A stretch of DNA of 64,000 bases from an uncultured Acidobacteriota bacterium (GTDB lineage: Bacteria > Acidobacteriota > Polarisedimenticolia > JACPZX01 > DASXTC01): contig CAWDYA010000011.1 in the NCBI GenBank assembly GCA_963806495.1, forward strand, positions 435,801 through 499,800. Direction: 5' to 3'. Both the position numbers and the translations under genes were made by a program. The notes under the pieces are model-generated. The model was not told the DNA's origin, searched no databases, and saw only the letters and a program-made list of their open reading frames with translations. Below are positions 21,789-33,988 of this stretch, in pieces (positions within the stretch are counted from its first letter, which is position 1; every line of letters starts with the position of its first letter).

Positions 21789-22605
21789 TCATGCCGGCTT
21801 GCCGTGCGCGCGACGCGAGTCGCGCCGGAGCATGAAGAGCACCAGGATCCCGATCCCGAGGACGGTGGCCACGCCGCCAAACCTCATGAGACGGTATACC
21901 ATCAGCCCGTAACGGCTCGTCTGCGGATCGTACTGGTAGCACAGGAGCAGCAGATGATCCGTGACGGAGCCGACCTTGCCGCCCGACGCCTCCACCAGCG
22001 CCAGCCGCAGATCCCTCGGAGCGTATTCGACACCGAAGAAGTACTTCGCGATCTTTCCTTCCGGCGTCAGCACCATGACCCCGCTCGCATGCGCGAACTG
22101 GTCCTTCTCTTCGTCGTAGACGTACCGGAAGCCGACGGCGGACGCCAGGGAGTGGATCGGCTCCTGCTCCCCCGTCAGGAAGTGCCATGCCGAGGCCGCC
22201 TCCGGGTGTCCGTACTTCTGCAGGTAGTTCTTCTTCGTGGCGGCGGCGAGGTCCGGGGTCTCGCGAGGGTCGAACGACACGGTGACCACCTGATAGTCCT
22301 TCCCCGCCTCCAGACCCAGCGCCTTCATGCTGCTCGCCAGCCCGCTCTCCACCAGCGTGCACAGCATCGGGCAACGGTAGTAGGCCAGCGAGAGGATGAC
22401 CGGCTTGTCGCCGAAGTACTCGGACAGTCGCACCGTCCTTCCCGTCTCGTCGTTGAATGTCAGATCCAGGGGGATCGTGTCTCCGATGCTGCTGGTCGAT
22501 CCCCACCTCGTCGAACGGCGGCTTCGGGGCCGCCGCCGAGACCTGTGTTCCGGGTACCGAGATCGCCAGCAGCGCCGCACAAGACAGTGTCCTGATGATC
22601 CGCAT
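21789..22605 (-). pseudogene. SCO1/SenC-family copper chaperone; one +1 frame disruption as assembled
   Basis: Signal peptide MRIIRTLSCAALLAISVPG...FDEVGIDQQ in one frame. After ~22489 the homology continues IGDTIPLDLTFNDETG...YYRCPMLC (CxxxC) in another. Span 817 = 3n+1. Confidence 0.8.
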
Positions 22606-22607
22606 GG

Positions 22608-23015
22608 CTACTCGCCCTCCTTCCGTACGGGGGCCTGACGGGCCGGAAGTCCCCGCTCCACGAGGATCTCCATCGCTCTTTCGATCGGGATCCTCACGAT
22701 TTGCTTTTCCTGATCGACCCATCCATAGCTGCCCAGGATCGCATCCTCCTCGGCATGCAGCTCCTGAAGCTCCGCGAGCGGGCTCTGCTGCAGCCTCGGC
22801 TCGGGGGGCAGCTGGTCCCTCGAATGAGCGGTCAGCGTGACCGGTGGCGGCTGCGCCGCCGACTCGCCCGCGGCGAGATAGCGGAACATCCACCACATGA
22901 GCAGACCCACGACGACGAGGAGCACCACCAGCCACGAGCCCAGAATGCTCAGCCAGCGGAAATCGACGTCCTTCGTCTCGTGCCCGGGCCTCCGCCCGGG
23001 CTCAATCATGGTCAT
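22608..23015 (-). CDS. Small single-TM protein in the ActG position of the alternative complex III operon (hypothetical)
   Basis: 135 aa with one TM (WLSILGSWLVVLLVVVGLLMWWMF). 14-nt overlap with actF upstream; SCO1 gene follows. Confidence 0.6.
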   Translation of the reverse strand: MTMIEPGRRPGHETKDVDFRWLSILGSWLVVLLVVVGLLMWWMFRYLAAGESAAQPPPVTLTAHSRDQLPPEPRLQQSPLAELQELHAEEDAILGSYGWVDQEKQIVRIPIERAMEILVERGLPARQAPVRKEGE

Positions 23016-24162
23016 CGCTCAGCGCTTCCAGAAGATACGGATCCCGCATCGGCAGCAGGGACACACCCCTGATCTGCCGCAGGTACAGATAAACCCACAG
23101 GCCGCCCAGTCCCACCGTGGTGGCGACATCGATCCATCCCACCGACAGCGTCTCGACCCCGTCGGCGGGCCCCATCATCCAGTACGTGTCGACGATCCGC
23201 ATGACGAAGAGCATGATCGCGACGGCCACCAGCCTCCGCGTGTTCTCCTTGACCCTCCGCATCAGCAGCAGGAGGAACGGCAGGGCGAAGTGCACCGCGA
23301 TCAGCGCGAGCCCCACCCACTCCCATCCGCCCTTCAGCCGCTTCAGGTACCAGGGGATCTCCTCGGGCAGATTCCCCGACCAGATGATCAGGTACTGCGA
23401 GAAGGAGAAGTAGGCCCAGACCATGACGAAGGTGAACAGCATCGTGCCGAGATCGGCAACGCGCCCCGGCGTCATGATCCCGTCGAGCGGCTTGACCTTC
23501 GACAGCAGCACCGCCATCAGGATCACGAAGCAGAAAGCGGCCACCGCCTCGCCCGCCATCAGCAGGACACCGAAGATGGTGGAGAACCAGTGCGGCTGAA
23601 GCGACATCACCCAGTCGGTGGCGGCAAGGGTGATGACGACCACGTAGATCACCAGCCCGCCCGCGCTGAGCATCTGGAACCGGCGTATCAGCGAGGCATC
23701 TCCGGTCTCGTCCTGCCGCCGCGACCACCGGCTGAGCAGCCAGGCGAAGGTGCTCCACACCGCGAAGTAGAGGAGCGCGCGAACGAGGAAGAACGGGACG
23801 TTCAGATACGGCGCCTTGTGCAGCAGGACCTCGTCATGGGCGACCAGGGCGGGATCGGCCCACGGATAGAGCGTCCTGATGCCTGCCGCCAGCGGGATGA
23901 ACAGCACCGCCATGAACGGGATGGTGAGCGCGCCCGCTTCGAGCAGCCTGCGCACCATGAGCCCCCAGACGCCCCCGGTGACATGCTGCAGCATCAGGAT
24001 CCCAAGGCAGCCGAGCGCGATTCCCAGCCAGAACATGTAGGCGAACAGGTAGGCACGGAAGAACCGGTCGGGCGCGACCCATGCCCCGGCCGCGGCGGCA
24101 ACGAGGCCGGCCGCTCCGAGCCCGACCGCCCACGCACGCAGCCTCTCCACGCCCGGCGTCAT
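23002..24162 (-). CDS. actF: Alternative complex III subunit ActF (NrfD-like polytopic membrane subunit)
   Basis: Polytopic, MLQHVTGGVWG motif. ATGA overlap with actE stop; start trimmed to MTPGVERLRAW. Confidence 0.8.
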   Translation of the reverse strand: MTPGVERLRAWAVGLGAAGLVAAAAGAWVAPDRFFRAYLFAYMFWLGIALGCLGILMLQHVTGGVWGLMVRRLLEAGALTIPFMAVLFIPLAAGIRTLYPWADPALVAHDEVLLHKAPYLNVPFFLVRALLYFAVWSTFAWLLSRWSRRQDETGDASLIRRFQMLSAGGLVIYVVVITLAATDWVMSLQPHWFSTIFGVLLMAGEAVAAFCFVILMAVLLSKVKPLDGIMTPGRVADLGTMLFTFVMVWAYFSFSQYLIIWSGNLPEEIPWYLKRLKGGWEWVGLALIAVHFALPFLLLLMRRVKENTRRLVAVAIMLFVMRIVDTYWMMGPADGVETLSVGWIDVATTVGLGGLWVYLYLRQIRGVSLLPMRDPYLLEALSDDHD

Positions 24163-24758
24163 CGGGACGCTCCCTTCTTCAGAAGCTCCGCCCGCTCCTT
24201 CGGGGGCACGTCGGCCAGCGTGGCGTGCTGGCTGAGCTGCAGCGCCCGGACGTAAGCGACGATCGCCCACCGGTCGCGCACGGGGATCTGCTCCGCGTAG
24301 CCATACATCCGGCCGAAGCCGTTGGTGGCCACGTCGAAGATGTACCCGGCCTCCTTCTCGATAAGCCGCTCCTCGTGAAACGACGCCGCCTGCGGAAAGC
24401 CTCGACGCACGACCATCCCGCGCCCGTCCCCGACGCGGCTGTGACAGGGCGAGCAGTAGATGTCGAACCGCTCACGGCCCCGGCTCATCACCTCCGCCGT
24501 GACGGGAAACGGGAATTCGTCGACGACCTTGCCGTCGATCTTGCCCGTGTACAGCAGCTCGTCCTCGTCGAGCTGCCCGCGCGCGACCGTTCCCTCCACG
24601 GGATGCCGGGAGGCACGGCCGTCGGCGAAGAAGTCGGTGGAGGCCAGCGGCTTGTACTTCGGCTGGTCCTGCATGTCTCGCCGACAGGCGGGCCCGGCGA
24701 GCACGGCCATCAGGCAGCACACGGCCAGCGCCAGCCCCCTCGGACGTCTATCGCTCAA
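24159..24758 (-). CDS. actE: Alternative complex III subunit ActE (monoheme cytochrome c lipoprotein)
   Basis: Lipobox LMAVLAGPAC and a single CSPCH motif. TTG start. Confidence 0.8.
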   Translation of the reverse strand: MSDRRPRGLALAVCCLMAVLAGPACRRDMQDQPKYKPLASTDFFADGRASRHPVEGTVARGQLDEDELLYTGKIDGKVVDEFPFPVTAEVMSRGRERFDIYCSPCHSRVGDGRGMVVRRGFPQAASFHEERLIEKEAGYIFDVATNGFGRMYGYAEQIPVRDRWAIVAYVRALQLSQHATLADVPPKERAELLKKGASR

Positions 24759-25290
24759 TTTCGGATACCTCCGCCGGCTCCAGACTCTGCAGGAAGCGCC
24801 GGGTGCCCTCGACGTCGAACCGGGAGTCGCTGGCCTCGATGCACAGGAAGAATCGATCGGTGCTGGCGAGCGCGAAGTCGGGAGCGTTGAACACGGGATG
24901 ATGCGGACGCGGCAGGCCGTTGAGCCCGAGCATCCCGAGGACCGCGGTCAGCGCCGCCGCCAGGACGCCCATCTCGAACGTGATGGGGATGAACGACGGC
25001 CAGCTGTGCAGAGGGCGGCCCCCGACGTTGACGGGATACGCCATCACCGAGACCCAGTACTGCAGGAGGTACCCGCCTGCGGCGCCCAGCAGGCCGCCCG
25101 CCAGCACCATCTTCGGCAGCCGGCCCCGCGTGTGCCAGCCGAGCGCCTCGGAGAGCTCCTCGATCGGAAAAGGCGTGTAGGCGTCCATGTTCCGGTAGCC
25201 CGCCTCGTACGCCCTGCGCGCCGCCGAGACGATGGCGGCCGTGTCGTGGAACTCGGCCATCAGCCCGTACGTCCTGCGCTCGGCGCTCAT
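24748..25290 (-). CDS. actD: Alternative complex III subunit ActD (DUF3341)
   Basis: MAEFHDTAAIVSAARRAYEAGYRNMDAYTPFPIEEL followed by two TM helices; operon position. Confidence 0.8.
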   Translation of the reverse strand: MSAERRTYGLMAEFHDTAAIVSAARRAYEAGYRNMDAYTPFPIEELSEALGWHTRGRLPKMVLAGGLLGAAGGYLLQYWVSVMAYPVNVGGRPLHSWPSFIPITFEMGVLAAALTAVLGMLGLNGLPRPHHPVFNAPDFALASTDRFFLCIEASDSRFDVEGTRRFLQSLEPAEVSEIER

Positions 25291-26702
25291 TTCCCGTCCT
25301 CCTCCGGCTCATGCACCTCGGCCGCGGGCAGGATCGTCCGCATCTCGAAGATCGAGATCATCGGCAGGAAGCGGATGAACAGGAACAGCAGCGCCATGAA
25401 CAGGCCGAGGGTGCCGAACAGCGTCGCGTAGTCCCAGAACGTGCCGTAGTACATCCCCCACGACGACGGGCAGATAGTCACGGTGCAGGCTGGTGACGAC
25501 GATGATGAACCGCTCCAGCCACATGCCGACGCTGACGATCAGCGCGATCACGAACAGCGTCACGGGGCTGTTCCTGCACGCGCTTGAACCAGAGCGGCTG
25601 GATGGCGACGATGTTGCAGAAGATGAGCGCCCAGTAGGCCGGCCAGTAGGGGCCGACCATGCCGGTTGTCCGACATGAACATCTCGAAGGTGTTGCCGCT
25701 GTACCAGGCGTAGAAGACCTCCGTCATGTAGCCGTAGGCCGACCATGAGACCGGTGGCGAGCATCACCTTGCCCATGTTCTCGAGATGCCGCATCGTGAT
25801 GAAGTCCTGCAGGCCGTAGACCGCCCGCAGCGGGATCGCGATGAGTCAGCACCATGGCGAACCCGGCGTAGATGGCGCCCGCCACGAAATAGGGCGGGAA
25901 GATCGTCGAGTGCCAGCCGGGGACGATCGACGATGGCGAAGTCCAAGCTCACCACCGAGTGCACCGAGAGCACGAGCGGCGTGGCGAGGCCGGCCAGCAG
26001 CAGGTAGGCCACCTCGTAGCGGTGCCAGTGCATCGCCGAGCCGCGCCATCCCATCGCCAGGATGCCGTACACCTTCCGCGGGAACCACCACGACGCGCGA
26101 TCCCTCAGGGTGGCGAGATCCGGGATCAGCCCGACGAACCAGAACATGAGCGACACGGTCGCATAGGTGGACACCGCGAAGACGTCCCAGACCAGCGGGC
26201 TGCGGAACTGCGGCCACACCCCCATGGTGTTCGGGATGGGCAGCAGCCAGTAGAACAGCCAGGGCCGCCCCATGTGCAGCAGAGGGAACAGCCCCGCGCA
26301 CGCCACGGCGAACAGGGTCATCGCCTCGGCGAACCGGTTGATCGAGGTGCGCCATTCCTGCCGCAGCAGCAGGAGTATGGCGGAGATCAGCGTGCCTGCG
26401 TGGCCGATACCGATCCACCAGACGAAGTTGATGATCGCGAATCCCCAGCCGACGGGGATGTTGATGCCCCAGATGCCGACCCCCTTGACCATGAGCAGGG
26501 TCACGGCATAGAGCAGGATCATGACGAAGATGAAGGAGATCCCGAACCCCAGGAACCAGCCTTTTCGTGTCTTCTGCGTGAGGACGATGGAGGAGATCTT
26601 GTTGGTGACCGAGCCGAAGGTGTGATCGCGGCCGGTCAGGATCGCACGGTGCGCGGCCCGGGGCCCTCCAGCGTCATTCGGCTGCGTGATCTCCGGCGGC
26701 AT
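25287..26702 (-). pseudogene. actC: Alternative complex III subunit ActC (NrfD-like quinol-interacting membrane subunit); six +1 frame disruptions as assembled
   Basis: Homology is continuous only if one base is removed near each of 25928, 25845, 25739, 25662, 25577 and 25468. Examples: ...SLDFAIV|[26 protein letters not shown]|[35 protein letters not shown]|[25 protein letters not shown]|MVGPYWPAYWALIFCNIVAIQPLWFKRV|RNSPVTLFVIALIVSVGMWLERFIIVVTSLHRDYLP|SSWGMYYGTFWDY. Confidence 0.85.
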
Positions 26703-26705
26703 CGC

Positions 26706-29717
<3,012 letters not shown>

Positions 29718-29731
29718 CCTTGCCCTTCCGG

Positions 29732-30382
29732 TTACCGGTGACAGGTGTCGCAGTCGGTCCGCGTCTTCACGTCGTACTGCTTCATCAGCTTCCGGCCCAG
29801 CGCCTCACGATCCTCCGGAGGCTGCCAGTCCATGCGCGCGATCGTGTCGCGTGGCTGCAGGTTCGCTTCGGGTTGCCTGTGGCATCCGACACACCACTCC
29901 ATCTGCAGCGACGCCACTTTCCACGTGAGGGACATTCTGTCCACCCGCCCGTGACAGGTCACACAGGCTACTCCCTTGTGGACGTGGACGCTGTGATCGA
30001 AGTAGGCGTAGTCGGGCAGGTCGTGCACGCGCGTCCAGACGATCGGCGTGTTGTTGCGGAAGCTCGCCCGCACCGGCTCGAGCGTCGGGCTGTCCGTATA
30101 GAGCTGCGAGTGGCAGTTCATGCACGTCTTCGTCGGCGGGATGCCCGCGAACCCGGATCGCTCGACCGACGTGTGGCAGTACCTGCAGTCGATGCCGATC
30201 GCTCCCGCGTGATGAGCGTGGCTGAACGGGACCGGCTGGTCCCGGGCCACGAACGCTTCCGTCCTGTACGGAGACCGTTCGACGGTGACGAGCAGCCACC
30301 CGAGCGCCGCGATGAACAGCAACGCGCCGTAGACGGAGACCTTCGCGATGGTGTTGGTGCTCGGGTGGAAGATCTGGCTCAT
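29732..30382 (-). CDS. actA: Alternative complex III subunit ActA (membrane-anchored pentaheme cytochrome c)
   Basis: N-terminal TM plus five CxxCH motifs (CRYCH, CMNCH, CVTCH, CVGCH, CDTCH). Confidence 0.9.
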   Translation of the reverse strand: MSQIFHPSTNTIAKVSVYGALLFIAALGWLLVTVERSPYRTEAFVARDQPVPFSHAHHAGAIGIDCRYCHTSVERSGFAGIPPTKTCMNCHSQLYTDSPTLEPVRASFRNNTPIVWTRVHDLPDYAYFDHSVHVHKGVACVTCHGRVDRMSLTWKVASLQMEWCVGCHRQPEANLQPRDTIARMDWQPPEDREALGRKLMKQYDVKTRTDCDTCHR

Positions 30383-30485
30383 CTTTTTCTCTCAGTTTCG
30401 CTCAATCTCTGTATGCGGGAGGGCGTCATGATAGCATCCCTCCGAAGTCATGTGGAGTACGGCGGGGATACACCACGTCGACGTA

Positions 30486-30500
30486 TGTGACTCCGTCACA
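30486..30500. promoter_or_regulatory. Perfect palindrome TGTGAC-N3-GTCACA in the actA / nitrilase divergent intergenic region (candidate operator)
   Basis: tgtgactccgtcaca lies 16 nt upstream of ATG 30516 and ~105 nt upstream of the actA start. Confidence 0.3.
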
Positions 30501-30515
30501 CGAAAAGGGCCCCTC

Positions 30516-31341
30516 ATGAAGATCGCTCTCGCGCAGAACAATGCCGGCGTCGATCGCCGCGCGAACCTGGAACGGGCTCTGCATACGATGGAGCGCGCCG
30601 CGGCGGCGGGCGCGGCGCTGATCGTCTTCCCGGAACTGGCCGTGGACCGGTTCTTCCCCGCATCGGAGTCGAACGAAGCGGCCCGTGATCTCGCCGAGCC
30701 GGTGCCGGGGCCGACCGCCGACGCGGTGGCCGACGCGGCCCGGAGGCTGTCGCTCGTCACCGTCTTCAACATGTACGAGAGGGACGCCGGCGGGCGGTGC
30801 TACGACTCGTCTCCGGTCTTCGACGCCGACGGCAGCCTGCTCGGCGTGACGCGGATGGTGCACATCGCCGACTTCGAGGGATTCCGCGAGAAGGCCTACT
30901 ACCACCCGGGCGATCGCGGGGCCCCCGTGTACGACACCCGGGCCGGACGTGTCGGTGTGGCGATCTGCTACGACCGGCACTACCCGGAGTACATGCGCGC
31001 TCTCGGCGTGCGCGGCGCGCAGATCGTCGCGATACCGCAGGCGGGAGCCCTCGACGAGTGGCCCGAGGGACTCTACGAGGCGGAGGTTCGCGCCGCCGCG
31101 TTCCAGAACGGGTACTATGCCGCGCTGGCCAACCGCGTCGGCGAGGAAGGAAGGCTCACCTTCGCCGGCGAGTCGTTCGTCGTGGATCCATCGGGTCAGG
31201 TGGTCGCCCGCGGGCGGCGTCTCGAGGAGGATTCTCGTGTTTGCCGACGTGGACCCGCGGCTCTGCGAGGCGTCACCGGCCCGCCGGCTTTTCTGGCGCG
31301 ACCGCCGGCCGGAGCTGTACCCGGGCTGGCTGGGCGAGTGA
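30516..31341 (+). pseudogene. Carbon-nitrogen hydrolase (nitrilase superfamily); one +1 frame disruption as assembled
   Basis: MKIALAQNN..., FPEL (catalytic Glu), VGVAICYD (Cys). After ~31230 the conserved C-terminus (LVFADVDPRLCEASPARRLFWRDRRPELYPGWLGE) is in another frame. Span 826 = 3n+1. Confidence 0.8.
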
Positions 31342-31429
31342 GCACCGACAAGGGCGACGACCCGGACAGGCCATAGATCCGGACAGGCCGCGCCGGAGCG
31401 AATATCAAGGACGATTCTGACATTTGTCA

Positions 31430-31458
31430 TTGATGTCCGCACCCGGGCGGACTATATT
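31430..31458 (+). promoter_or_regulatory. Candidate sigma70-type promoter (TTGATG-17 nt-TATATT) flanked by inverted repeat TGACA-TT-TGTCA (31418-31429)
   Basis: Locally AT-richer stretch ~125 nt upstream of the first gene of the cytochrome cluster. Motif match by eye only. Confidence 0.3.
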
Positions 31459-31582
31459 GCGGCATTGTTCGCCCCGCACGGCGAAGGGTCTCCGGCGGCC
31501 AGAGTTCCCCCCGCGCGCCCCGCGAGATCCCCACTTCAGAGCATTCGAAGACCTGACCACGGCTCCCGCTGGAGGACGAACC

Positions 31583-32509
31583 GTGATCGAAGCCGCGCGC
31601 CCCCACACCGCACGCAGCACGGCCTCCGTGTCTTCGGCGGCGCCCCGGCCGGGCGCGATCCTGAAGCCCGGCCCCGCCATGGTTGCCTGCTTCGTCCTGC
31701 TGGCCGCCGTCAACGTCATCGGCCTTCCTTATTACACGGCATCGCTCGGCGAGAGGATCCGGCATCCGCTGCACCCCTGGCTCAAGCCCTCGGGCCTCGT
31801 CGGCCAGAGTCTCGGCATGCTCGCCGTGGTGCTGTTTCTCTTCCTCTGGCTCTATCCGCTCAGAAAGAAGCTCGGTGCCCGCGCCGCCTTCACCGGCCGC
31901 GTACCCGCGTGGCTCGACTGGCACATCGCCGCGGGTCTGCTCGCGCCCTGGGCCGCGGCGACCCACGCGGGATGGCGGTTCACCGGGCTGATCGGTCTCG
32001 GCTACGCCGCCATGTTCATCGTGTATCTCAGCGGCATCGTCGGGAGATACATCTATACGCGGATCCCCCGGCGGCGTGACGGACTCGAGCTGAATCGCGA
32101 CGAGATGGCCGCCGAGCGCGAGAAGCTGCTGTTCGAGCTGACGGCGCGCACCGGTTTGCCGCCCGACGAGGTGCGAGGCGTGCTGGCGCGCGACGTGGAA
32201 GGGTGCGAGGGACTGTCTCCGCTCTCGACCATCCGTCGCATGGTGAGCGACGACTTCGCGCGGCGCCGATCGGCACGCGCGCTGGCGCGCCGGATGCCGC
32301 GCTCGGCCGGCGGGCGCTCCCTGACCCAGGTGCTCAGGCTCGCGCGCCGCGAGATGGCGCTGTCCCAGCAGGCCCGGATGCTCGACGCGACACAGCGTCT
32401 TTTCAAGTACTGGCACATCGCCCACCGCCCGTTCGCCGTGACGGCCCTGATCGCCGTGCTGGCGCACATCATCGTGGCGATCCTGATGGGCGCCACCTGG
32501 TTCCTGTGA
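31583..32509 (+). CDS. Polytopic His-rich inner-membrane protein (hypothetical; possible b-heme/ferric-reductase-like electron carrier)
   Basis: GTG start 6 nt after GGAGGA. About 5 TM segments with conserved-looking His in or near the membrane (WHIAAG, ATHAGW, YWHIAHRPF, VLAHII) and a long Arg-rich cytoplasmic loop. Confidence 0.6.
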   Translation: MIEAARPHTARSTASVSSAAPRPGAILKPGPAMVACFVLLAAVNVIGLPYYTASLGERIRHPLHPWLKPSGLVGQSLGMLAVVLFLFLWLYPLRKKLGARAAFTGRVPAWLDWHIAAGLLAPWAAATHAGWRFTGLIGLGYAAMFIVYLSGIVGRYIYTRIPRRRDGLELNRDEMAAEREKLLFELTARTGLPPDEVRGVLARDVEGCEGLSPLSTIRRMVSDDFARRRSARALARRMPRSAGGRSLTQVLRLARREMALSQQARMLDATQRLFKYWHIAHRPFAVTALIAVLAHIIVAILMGATWFL

Positions 32510-32522
32510 AGGCCCACCCAAG

Positions 32523-33988
32523 ATGACGATGTTGCTGACGACCCTCGGGCTGGTGCTGGTGACGGCGCTGTCAATCCACTTCCATCTGCGGCGAACCTCG
32601 CCTCGTGTCGGCAACACCCCCGCCCGGCCCTCGGGAGAGCCCTGCCCTCGCTGCCGCGCGCTCGTGCCGGCCGGCGCCCCCGTCTGCCCCTCGTGCCGCG
32701 TGCCGCTGCGCGCCTACGACGTCGTGACCGCCGAAGTGTCCGCGGACGCGGGCGATGGTGACGCCGGGGGCGGACGTCTTCACGCGATCGTGCGCGCCGA
32801 CATCTGCGTCGGGTGCGGCACCTGCGTCGAGGCCTGCCCGGAAGCAGGGGCGATACGATTGGAAGGCAAGCGCGCGATCATCGACACCGGAGCCTGCGTC
32901 GGCCACGGGCGGTGCGTGGAGGCCTGCCCGGTGGGCGGGATCCTCATGACGACCGGTGACGCCGTGCAGCGCGTCGAGGTGCCGGGTGTCGACGCGAACT
33001 TCCAGACGAACATCGAGGGGCTCTACATCGTCGGCGAGCTCGGCGGGCGCGGCCTCATCAAGAACGCGGTCAACGAGGAAAGATCGCCGTCGAGCACGTC
33101 GCCCGCCGCACGAACGCCGGCAACGGCCGGCCGGACCCCGTGCCCGGCACCCTCGACGTGGCGATCGTGGGCTCGGGGCCGGCCGGGCTGTCGGCCGGGC
33201 TGGAGGCGCAGCGCCTGGGGCTTTCGTACGTGGTGCTGGAGCGCGGCACCCTGGCCGACTCGATCCGCAAGTATCCCCGCCACAAGCTGCTGCTCGCCGA
33301 GCCGGTGAAGATGCCGCTGTACGGCGATCTCTGGATCGCCGACGCCTCGAAGGAATCGCTGCTCGCGGTCTGGGAGGCGATCGTCGCGCGCACGGGACTC
33401 GCCATCCAGACCGGTCAGGAGGTGAAGGCGATCGAGCCCACCTCGGGGCTGTTCCGGATCGCGACGCTCGACCGGACGTATCACGCCCGGCGCGTGGTGC
33501 TCGCGCTGGGTCGGCGCGGAACACCCCGCAGGCTCGGCGTCCCGGGCGAGGAGCTGGCCAAGGTCGTCTACGACATCGTCGAGATGGAGGTGTTCGCCGG
33601 CCGGCGCGTGCTCGTCGTGGGCGGCGGCGACAGCGCCGTGGAGTCGGCCGTGGGGCTGGGACGCCAGACCGGCACGCAGGTATCGCTGAGCTACAGGTCG
33701 GACAGCTTCAAGCGCGTCAAGTCCCGCAACCGCACCAAGCTCGACGAGTCGGTGGCCGCGGGCCGGGTCGGGCTGCTGCTCTCCAGCGAGGTGCGCGAGA
33801 TCCGCGCCGACTCCGTGCTGCTCGAGATGGAGGGCCGCACGCTGGAGCTTCCCAACGACGACGTGATCATCCGGATCGGCGGCGATCCTCCGTTCGAGTT
33901 CCTCAAGCGGCTCGGCGTTCAGATCGTGACGAAGAAAATCCGAATCACAGCGACGCAGAGCGAGGCCGGTGCCGGCGCGGCATCCTGA
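32523..33988 (+). pseudogene. TM-anchored zinc-ribbon / 2x[4Fe-4S] ferredoxin / FAD-NAD(P)-binding (thioredoxin-reductase-like) oxidoreductase; one -1 frame disruption as assembled
   Basis: N-terminal TM LLTTLGLVLVTALSI. CPRC...CPSC. CVGCGTCVEACP and CVGHGRCVEACP. After ~33078 the homology continues in another frame with DVAIVGSGPAGLSAG and VLVVGGGDSAVE Rossmann motifs. Span 1466 = 3n-1. Confidence 0.8.

Noticed and set aside
31424-31582. TTG-initiated N-terminal extensions given by the ORF track (31424 for the membrane protein; likewise 53439 for the Rrf2 gene)
   Set aside because: The extensions are Arg/Pro-rich or run through the AT-rich promoter-like sequence. Downstream starts (GTG 31583 after GGAGGA; ATG 53508) fit an RBS and family N-termini better.
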